Source: Enterococcus phage Phi_Eg_SY1
Length of the DNA: 42,319 nt
Sequence record: OQ623132.1
Reading direction: 5' to 3' (one strand)
Shown: positions 36,081-42,319 of the stretch, piece by piece
Position numbering within the stretch: the first letter of the stretch is position 1
Layout: each line of letters opens with the position of its first letter
The notes under the pieces: model-generated
Seen by the model: only the letters and a program-made list of their open reading frames with translations
Database searches by the model: none
Told to the model about the DNA's origin: nothing
Program-made: the position numbers and the translations under genes

Positions 36081-37242
36081 CTGTTGTTGCTCCTTTCGTT
36101 CTACTACTTGTTGTGATTCTAGCAAACTGACTTTCGTCTGTTTCTTCATACCCATAGTACGCGCGTACTTCATTAGGTGTTAGATATTCAATACCCCTAG
36201 ACGTACCGCGGAACATTCGTTTTTTACGTTCGTCTAAGGTATCACCTAGTAAGATTGAGAAGTCCATTTCTAGGCTCATTCCTAACTTTCTACCCACTTC
36301 ATCACAAATCATTCGTGCGTATCCTGAAAGAGTACTAGCAATATAAATCTCATTCTGCGTTGCGTCCTGTGAATTTACTAATTCCATCCCAAACCTATTT
36401 AGAGGGATACCAAACACTTTAGCAATTTGTTTAGTGCTGAATGTGTTTGATTGAATTAATTTCAACAAATCAGTATTAACAGTAAATGTTTCATATTCTT
36501 GAGATTTATCTAACACTAATACGCTGTTAGCGTTTTGACTACCACTATTGATTGCCTCAAAGTCTTTTTTGATTTGACGCTTAACTTCATTATTGACGAC
36601 ACCATTTGTGAGTTTGAGAATTGCTCCGCCGAAAATACCTTTTTTGAAATAACTTGATAACAATCCGTTTCCGCTATTCTGCATTTCAATCTCATTCTCT
36701 AACGCTTTCAAAGGTGAGCGTCCGTTTACTCCATCAATTGAATTCAATCTAAAATGAAGCATAGCGTCACTTGGAATGTTTTCTTTCTTTTGTGTATCTG
36801 GGTCAATATACTCATATGACAATTCTTTACTTACTGTATCTTGTAGAATTGTAATCGTATGTGGGCTTACAATCTGTAGGCGCTGAATTTGCGTTCCTTT
36901 TCGTCTAATAATCGCAAATGCTGAACCATATAATAGCGCGTACATGGTGATTGAATATAACCATGTGTATCCTGTGTGGTTTGTATCAGGGTTTGTGGTC
37001 AGTAGTTTCATTATTTGTGTTTTTGGTGTCTGGGTGTTTGGTGTTTCCCGTAACGAACTTTTTGCAATATCTCCACTAAGAATATTCGTAGCTGTGTAAA
37101 TATCAGAATTTTTTAAATGATTAATTTCATCTAATGTTTCCCCTGTGATAAACTGACCAAAGTTGATTACCATTGGTGTTGGGGTAACAGGGAACAGGTT
37201 TGAACGTTCTTCTGTTTGCTTACTTCTTACAAAAATACCCAT
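36070..37242 (-). CDS. portal protein (HK97 family)
   Basis: 390 aa after terminase; RBS AAAGGAGAG. Confidence 0.8.
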   Translation of the reverse strand: MGIFVRSKQTEERSNLFPVTPTPMVINFGQFITGETLDEINHLKNSDIYTATNILSGDIAKSSLRETPNTQTPKTQIMKLLTTNPDTNHTGYTWLYSITMYALLYGSAFAIIRRKGTQIQRLQIVSPHTITILQDTVSKELSYEYIDPDTQKKENIPSDAMLHFRLNSIDGVNGRSPLKALENEIEMQNSGNGLLSSYFKKGIFGGAILKLTNGVVNNEVKRQIKKDFEAINSGSQNANSVLVLDKSQEYETFTVNTDLLKLIQSNTFSTKQIAKVFGIPLNRFGMELVNSQDATQNEIYIASTLSGYARMICDEVGRKLGMSLEMDFSILLGDTLDERKKRMFRGTSRGIEYLTPNEVRAYYGYEETDESQFARITTSSRTKGATTDEE

Positions 37243-37424
37243 TATTCACTCTCTCCTTTACTTGCAATCTCATCTAATTCATTTGATAATTTAAAACTTG
37301 TTGCCAAACATACTGCTCCTAAGATGATAAAACCAACGGTAATATCAATTAAAAATCCTCCAATTGCGATAAAAACACACGCTAATATATACATAATCAT
37401 AGGTAAATAGACAATCTTTTCCAT
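37242..37424 (-). CDS. small membrane protein (60 aa) between terminase and portal
   Basis: RBS AGGAGG 7 nt before ATG; ATGA-type overlap with portal start; hydrophobic. Confidence 0.45.
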   Translation of the reverse strand: MEKIVYLPMIMYILACVFIAIGGFLIDITVGFIILGAVCLATSFKLSNELDEIASKGESE

Positions 37425-37457
37425 TTGAATCCTCCTAACATCATACTTCTTTATCAA

Positions 37458-37466
37458 TTATAACAC
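37458..37466 (-). promoter_or_regulatory. extended -10 promoter TGTTATAAT (minus strand)
   Basis: + strand ATTATAACA, 2 nt after the terminator U-tract. Confidence 0.45.
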
Positions 37467-37467
37467 G

Positions 37468-37493
37468 AAAAAGACAACCTAAGTTAGGTTGTC
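37468..37493 (-). terminator. intrinsic terminator GACAACCTAA-C-TTAGGTTGTC + TTTTT (minus strand) after terL
   Basis: near-perfect 21-bp palindrome, read directly. Confidence 0.6.
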
Positions 37494-37502
37494 TCAATGG
37501 AT

Positions 37503-39224
37503 TTATAAACCAAAACCAAAGTTACCGTTAGCATACTGTTCTGAGTAGTTGGTCATTTGGAACTCATAGAAGTACGCTTCACTGTATGCGTTAATTAACG
37601 CGTCTAATGGGTCAATTTTATTACGGTTTACCTGCTTATCAATCATAATCAAGTCGTTAGACTCTTTTGTGAAGGCGTTGTACATAGCACGTGTCAATAG
37701 TGGGTTATTGAAGTGTTTCACTTTACCTGAACGGATATCAGCTTGAAGTTGTTTCGTAGGTGGGTTAAGTCTCATGTAAGACTGACGAACATCAAAAAGA
37801 ACTTCCTCATATGAATCAGATAGACGAGTTGTAATAAGCTGAGACTGAGCAGGGTCATAACAAATACCTTTAACATCCAGTTTATTTGTTTCAATAAAGT
37901 CTAGTATCCAGTTTAGCATGTCCTGCCAATCCGCCTGACCGTCCTCACGGGAACTAATCTCGCAGTAACCTTGTTTTGCGTATGCGCGATAGGGTGTTTT
38001 ATCGTTTTCCTCTTTTTTCAATATTCCCCCGCCTGTTGTTGCTACCCATGAATGAGAATCAACAACAAATACTTCTTCCTCTGGAATAGGTACAACCCAT
38101 GTAACAGAGGTTAAGTCGCCTACGCGTGCCAAGTCAATACCAATAAATACTTCGCGTCCTGTGATGTCATACTCTTGTTCTGTATAAGCATTTTCCCATT
38201 CCTCAGTAGATACATAGGAGGTTGCTTGGTCAGCTACCCAAAAATTCAATTCTTTTGTTAGAAAGTTTGTTAGGTTACCTTTTGCTTCTCCTTCTTTTCT
38301 TTTTGCACGCTTATGCTCTAACATATGTTGGCGAACTTCTGGTTTCTCAAACAATGGGTTAGACTTAAACCAGTTTTCTTCATCATCCGCTTCGTCAAAG
38401 GAATCCATCTCGTACCATAGTGCTAGGTAGTGGTCAGCCTCTACCTCACCTGTTAGGACTTTCATAGTCATTGGATACTCTTCTAAATGATAGTGTCCGT
38501 TTAGGTTTTGAGATGTTGTACTAATCATTAAATTTAGTGGTTGCATTTGTTGAGATTGTGATGACTCAATAACCTCAACAATATCTGTTGACTTATTCTC
38601 TGCAATCTCATCAAAGATTGAACAACAAACATCTAGTCCATCTAGCACAGATGAGTCTGAGGCAAGTGCTTTACAGACTGAATCGTCTTTCGTTTCAATA
38701 TCATACTTGTTAACTTTCGTGAATTCACGAACCTTCTTAGACTGCTTGCGAACTGCCTGTAATTGCGTTTTAATCATACGGAAACAGATAGAAGCCTGCT
38801 CGCGCGTGTTTGCTGTAGAATACACTTGACGTGACGCCATTGGCGAACGCTCATAGAGAAGCTCATATAAGGCTATACCTGCAATTAATAGTGATTTACC
38901 ATTTTTACGACTCATGGAGATAACTACTTTAGTGAATCGTCTGTATCCTGATTCTTTCTTGACCCATGAGAAAATCATACCAATAATAAATTTCTGGAAA
39001 TCTGCCAACCCTACGCGTTTGCCTGTTTTAGGGTCCGGAAGGTTGTCAATAAATGCAATTGGTTTTTCTGCTAATTCAGGTCTATACTCGTATGGGTAAT
39101 CAGGAGACTTAGACTTTTCTAAGTCCCTTTCATGACGCTCAATTGCTAATTGAATACGTCTACCTACTTTGTATTGTCCGGATTTTACTTTATCAATGTA
39201 AATTTTTACATAGTCTTTATTCAA
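37503..39224 (-). CDS. terL: terminase large subunit
   Basis: 573 aa; Terminase_1-like ATPase and nuclease layout. Confidence 0.85.
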   Translation of the reverse strand: MNKDYVKIYIDKVKSGQYKVGRRIQLAIERHERDLEKSKSPDYPYEYRPELAEKPIAFIDNLPDPKTGKRVGLADFQKFIIGMIFSWVKKESGYRRFTKVVISMSRKNGKSLLIAGIALYELLYERSPMASRQVYSTANTREQASICFRMIKTQLQAVRKQSKKVREFTKVNKYDIETKDDSVCKALASDSSVLDGLDVCCSIFDEIAENKSTDIVEVIESSQSQQMQPLNLMISTTSQNLNGHYHLEEYPMTMKVLTGEVEADHYLALWYEMDSFDEADDEENWFKSNPLFEKPEVRQHMLEHKRAKRKEGEAKGNLTNFLTKELNFWVADQATSYVSTEEWENAYTEQEYDITGREVFIGIDLARVGDLTSVTWVVPIPEEEVFVVDSHSWVATTGGGILKKEENDKTPYRAYAKQGYCEISSREDGQADWQDMLNWILDFIETNKLDVKGICYDPAQSQLITTRLSDSYEEVLFDVRQSYMRLNPPTKQLQADIRSGKVKHFNNPLLTRAMYNAFTKESNDLIMIDKQVNRNKIDPLDALINAYSEAYFYEFQMTNYSEQYANGNFGFGL

Positions 39225-39243
39225 TTAATATCACTCCTAACCA

Positions 39244-39702
39244 TTACAACATTGCTCCAAATGGGTCCTCTGGTTCCCGTTCCTTCACTTCTGGAATAAC
39301 CAACTTCATACGTGAATCAATAGATAGACCAAGTGAGCTTGCTAAGGACTTCAATTGTTTAGAGGTTTCGTTCATAACCTTAAACGCGCCTGACGGTTTA
39401 CCATTTTCGTCTAGGAAACCATATTCAGATACTTCCTGCGTTGCCTGAGAATAAATAGCATATGTATTGCAGTAAATAACCAATAAACCAGCGTCTAGTT
39501 TTGAAATTGGTAGTTGTCTCATCTGTGGTACTAGGTCCTCATAAATAAGCCACCCTTCTTTAGTGATTCCGTGGGGTACATCCTCTAGAGAAATTGGTTC
39601 GTAATTATATAATAACTCTTCCTCTTTTTCTCGCTCTATTCTCTGTTCTTTTGTTAAGTGACTATTTTCTTGCGCACTTACTAATTTTCTAGGTCTTGGC
39701 AT
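39244..39702 (-). CDS. terS: terminase small subunit (P27 family)
   Basis: 152 aa directly upstream of terL; RBS AAGGAGGAG. Confidence 0.7.
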   Translation of the reverse strand: MPRPRKLVSAQENSHLTKEQRIEREKEEELLYNYEPISLEDVPHGITKEGWLIYEDLVPQMRQLPISKLDAGLLVIYCNTYAIYSQATQEVSEYGFLDENGKPSGAFKVMNETSKQLKSLASSLGLSIDSRMKLVIPEVKEREPEDPFGAML

Positions 39703-39735
39703 CTTTTTACTCCTCCTTATTGTCTAGTTGTATTT

Positions 39736-39744
39736 AGTATAGCA
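39736..39744 (-). promoter_or_regulatory. extended -10-like element TGCTATACT (minus strand) upstream of terS
   Basis: + strand AGTATAGCA. Confidence 0.3.
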
Positions 39745-39781
39745 TAAAATTACTCGTTTTAGGAATCGTAACTAATTTAAT

Positions 39782-39846
39782 AAAGGTATTTTGTACTTTT
39801 ATTAATAAAAGTATTTTTTACCTTTATTGTTTAGGTATATTTTACC
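39782..39846. repeat. three AT-rich direct repeats (A(A/G)GTAT(A)TTTTACC) at 24-25 bp period
   Basis: read directly; upstream of terS. Confidence 0.5.
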
Positions 39847-39974
39847 TAAATTAGATTTCATATTAGGATTTTTACACGAAGAGAAGAGAGCTTCGATTAT
39901 TTGACACTCAGAGGGTACGGGGGGTTAATTTTAGCGCGCCTAAAAAGTTTTTAATATAATTATACCCCCTCGCC

Positions 39975-40014
39975 TTAGAACGTCTCTAAGAGCCTCTCAG
40001 AGCGTTTTAGAGCG
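39975..40014. repeat. four tandem 10-11 bp repeats T(T/C)AGA(A/G)CG (candidate TerS-binding sites in the cos region)
   Basis: TTAGAACG / CTAAGAGC / TCAGAGCG / TTAGAGCG, read directly. Confidence 0.5.
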
Positions 40015-40020
40015 TGTCAT

Positions 40021-40054
40021 AAAAAAGACCCCTACAGATTATTTTCTGTAAGGG
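40021..40054 (-). terminator. hairpin + TTTTTT on the minus strand overlapping the 3' end of the HNH gene
   Basis: CCCTTACAG-N-CTGTAGGGG with one bulge, then U6. Confidence 0.4.
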
Positions 40055-40428
40055 TGTGAAGGTGCGTATTTGTGACTGTGTTTGTTATGGCAAGAATAGC
40101 AAATACTTTCTAAATTATTCATTTCTAATCGTTTTTCCCATCCACCATTAGGGTCACGTAGCTCTATGATGTGGTGCACCATGTCTGCCTTAGTGGTAAT
40201 CCCTTTGCGCATGCACACTTCACAATATGGAGTCTCTAATAACTTTACTTTACGCGTTGCTCTCCATTCTGGTGTGTGATAGAACTTGCTATACTTCCCA
40301 TTGTCACTGTTATATCTGACTCTCTTGTTGTATTCACTCTTACCTTTCTTCATATGCTTGTCACAGTACATTGTACCAAGTGGAACCTTATTCCTACAGT
40401 AGGTTACCTCACACTTCTTTAATGGCAT
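40039..40428 (-). CDS. terminase-associated HNH endonuclease
   Basis: CxxC...HHI..L....NL..IC..CHN.H zinc-finger HNH motif; RBS GGAGGAG 8 nt before ATG 40428; adjacent to cos/terS. Confidence 0.75.
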   Translation of the reverse strand: MPLKKCEVTYCRNKVPLGTMYCDKHMKKGKSEYNKRVRYNSDNGKYSKFYHTPEWRATRKVKLLETPYCEVCMRKGITTKADMVHHIIELRDPNGGWEKRLEMNNLESICYSCHNKHSHKYAPSHPYRK

Positions 40429-40430
40429 TA

Positions 40431-41723
40431 TTAAATCTCCTCCATCCATTCGTCTATTAGTGTCTGTGTTACTGATTCACCATTGGTTACGTTGTTATAT
40501 ACTTTACGTTCTATATCATTGTCTGCAATCAGATAGTAATACAAAGGATTGTCTGTTGATGTGTGTCTTGTGATTCGTCCTTTCATCTGCTCAAAGGTAA
40601 TGCTACTGAGTGGCATTTCATAGAATACCATGGTGTGGGACTGTGCTAGGATATTGACCCCTGTACTCCCTGCCTTGAATTGTACAAGGATGATAGCATT
40701 ATCATATTGCTCCCATGCTTCTAAGTCCTTTACACTACCGTTGTATGATGATACAGGTCTACCACTCTTACTGATAACATCATAGAGTCTATTATATGAT
40801 TCCGTGTAGTTGTATCCAATTACTACACGTTCTCCTTTACATTCTTCTAGTATGTCCTTTAGCGTGTCTATTTTGCTGTTCTTAGCTACTTTATCAACAT
40901 AGGGTACATAACCATTAGAAGCAACTCTAAGCGCGTTAAACACCTTGCTAGGGTTGTCTAATTCAATTATATCCCCTGAGTCTGTCTGGTAGGTCCTATG
41001 TTTAGCTAACGCCTTTACCATTGATGGTGATTTAACATATTTAACAATATCTGAGGGGACTAACTTATTATCACGCTTAATACTCACACTATGTGTAGAG
41101 ACAATCTCTTTTAGTTCATGTAGGTTCTTGTATCCTGTGATTACATTGAAACTACGCCCTCCCATATATTGAAGCTCTTCTATGCAGTAACGTTCTCTGA
41201 AAGCTTTCCATGTTCCTTTGTATAAACCAGCTATCGTTAACTGAGAGAACCACTGTTCCATTGCTCCATTTGAGATGGGTGTTCCGCTCATTAAATAAGT
41301 CTGACCTGCTTTCTTACTTGCTTTCATCCAGAATTTCGTTACGTTGGCTGTCCTATTTGCCAGTAAGTGAGATTCGTCAAAGACAATCATGGTTTCTTTA
41401 TCAATAAATTTCAATAATTGTGGGGTTCTCCATGATGATTGGAAACTGATTGCGACGTGTTGCGTTCCTGTAGCCTCTAGGAGGCTCTCTCTGCGCTTTG
41501 GTGAACCTTCTATGGTAATTATACCTAAACCTTGTTGAGACCCCTCAGAAGCCCAATCAGACACCTTAGACGCTAGGCATACAATTACCAGCTTCTTAAG
41601 ATCACTGTGTTTAAATCCTTCTAGAGCCATTAGCGTCTTTCCTGCTCCCACTTGAGATGTGTTGATGTTGTGGGTTCTTACCTTCTCAATAACCGTCTGT
41701 TGTTCTGGTGTTGGTATTAGCAT
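40431..41723 (-). CDS. SNF2/DEXH-family DNA helicase
   Basis: Walker A GAGKT, DESH box, LMSGTP, C-terminal helicase motif VI QMKGRITR. Confidence 0.7.
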   Translation of the reverse strand: MLIPTPEQQTVIEKVRTHNINTSQVGAGKTLMALEGFKHSDLKKLVIVCLASKVSDWASEGSQQGLGIITIEGSPKRRESLLEATGTQHVAISFQSSWRTPQLLKFIDKETMIVFDESHLLANRTANVTKFWMKASKKAGQTYLMSGTPISNGAMEQWFSQLTIAGLYKGTWKAFRERYCIEELQYMGGRSFNVITGYKNLHELKEIVSTHSVSIKRDNKLVPSDIVKYVKSPSMVKALAKHRTYQTDSGDIIELDNPSKVFNALRVASNGYVPYVDKVAKNSKIDTLKDILEECKGERVVIGYNYTESYNRLYDVISKSGRPVSSYNGSVKDLEAWEQYDNAIILVQFKAGSTGVNILAQSHTMVFYEMPLSSITFEQMKGRITRHTSTDNPLYYYLIADNDIERKVYNNVTNGESVTQTLIDEWMEEI

Positions 41724-41744
41724 TTTATCTCCTCCTTAACACTG

Positions 41745-41753
41745 ATTATAGCA
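41745..41753 (-). promoter_or_regulatory. extended -10 promoter TGCTATAAT (minus strand), start of the late transcription unit
   Basis: + strand ATTATAGCA about 15 nt upstream of RBS AAGGAGGAG. Confidence 0.45.
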
Positions 41754-41880
41754 TAAATACCAGTGTAATAGCCTTTCTAGGTAAAATAACGAGAAATAGT
41801 AGCATATTTTGCGGTTATTAGTGAGGTAATGCCACCTGTAAACCAAGGCTGGTAAGTGATTGAGCGATTCTACAAAAAGA

Positions 41881-41901
41881 GTGGTCAAAAAAATTGACCA
41901 C
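41881..41901. promoter_or_regulatory. perfect palindrome GTGGTCAA-N5-TTGACCAC (candidate operator)
   Basis: read directly. Confidence 0.5.
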
Positions 41902-42009
41902 TTGTAGGTCATGTGGCTGTAGGGATGAGGTCTGTTATGATTCAATGGACACTTTTTTAAGCCAAAATAAGCTAATTATTCTAATTGATATTGCGTTTGG
42001 GAAAAATAC

Positions 42010-42080
42010 CCATTTTTTATATATTACTCTTTATTTATTATTTACTTTATATAATATATATAAATAGAATATAAAAAGAG
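42010..42080. repeat. extreme AT-rich block with short direct repeats (candidate DNA unwinding element or bend)
   Basis: TTTTTTATATATTACTCTTTATTTATTATTTACTTTATATAATATATATAAATAG. Confidence 0.4.
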
Positions 42081-42125
42081 TATGTTATCCATTGGGGCTC
42101 TAAGGCTATAACCGGGCAATCGTTT

Positions 42126-42200
42126 TTTGACCAATAACAAAATAAATTGACCACATTGGTCTCAATCCCTTGGGTCACAACTACTCTAGCTGGTCATAAA
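42126..42200. repeat. cluster of TTGACCA / TGGTCA half-site repeats (iteron-like)
   Basis: TTGACCAA, TTGACCACA, TGGTCTCA, TGGGTCACA, TGGTCATA within 75 bp. Confidence 0.4.
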
Positions 42201-42319
42201 TAACTGCTATTTTTTGTCCAGTACGTGTCCACCCCTCTTAAAATAACACCACCTAACTATTGCCTGATTTCATTTTTTATGGTAAAGTGGTCTTACAAAC
42301 ATTTTGAGGAGGAGATATG

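Noticed and set aside
39917-39972. Imperfect inverted repeat ACGGGGGGT ... ACCCCCTCG around the G6/C5 tracts as a cos cleavage palindrome
   Set aside because: The symmetry is poor. Retained only as part of the cos-region finding, not as a defined site.
41736-41945. Minus-strand ORF of 69 aa in the control region
   Set aside because: Lies over the promoter/operator region, has no RBS, and is Cys/His/Tyr-rich junk.
1-42319. Integrase, repressor/Cro switch, tRNA or tmRNA genes
   Set aside because: No tyrosine/serine recombinase-sized ORF or cloverleaf-like region recognised. The window appears to be the whole circularised genome, so the phage is probably virulent. Divergent small HTH proteins cannot be excluded without searches.

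Overview
This window reads as a nearly complete genome (about 42.3 kb, circularly permuted) of a siphovirus infecting a low-GC Gram-positive host. The AGGAGG ribosome-binding sites, roughly 37% GC, the amidase_2 endolysin with cell-wall-binding repeats, XhlA and the holin point to a Lactobacillales-type host. The plus strand, from about 42317 through position 1 to 17337, carries the early and replication genes: two free-standing HNH homing endonucleases, a D5/P4-type NTPase, a prim-pol primase, a VRR-NUC nuclease, an MBL-fold hydrolase, a DUF1351-like protein, an SSB-like protein, a TM2 protein, a family-B DNA polymerase, an NrdH-like redoxin and many small unknown ORFs. A perfect bidirectional terminator (17336-17364) separates them from the late genes on the minus strand (41723 down to 17362). 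Those run SNF2 helicase, HNH, a candidate cos region, TerS (P27 type), TerL, portal, HK97 protease, HK97 major capsid, connector and tail-completion proteins, major tail protein, a G/GT chaperone with a -1 frameshift site, a tape measure carrying SLT and M23 domains, an amidase, an evolved distal tail protein (Dit), a tail-associated lysin-type protein (Tal), a receptor-binding protein, XhlA and a holin. I found no integrase, repressor, tRNA or CRISPR array. The features that stand out are (i) a reverse-oriented single-gene moron with its own sigma70 promoter and terminator, inserted between the Dit and amidase genes; (ii) repeated terminator-plus-promoter modules (extended -10 TGnTATAAT on the late strand) that split both strands into insulated transcription units; (iii) a candidate cos/TerS-binding repeat region between the HNH and terS genes; (iv) a control region rich in GGTCA/TGACC repeats with a perfect palindrome and an AT-rich block; and (v) three adjacent broken or recoded small genes (an A10 frameshift and two in-frame TAA codons). 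Hand-derived coordinates may be off by 1 nt. All homology statements rest on motifs I recognise from memory, not on searches.
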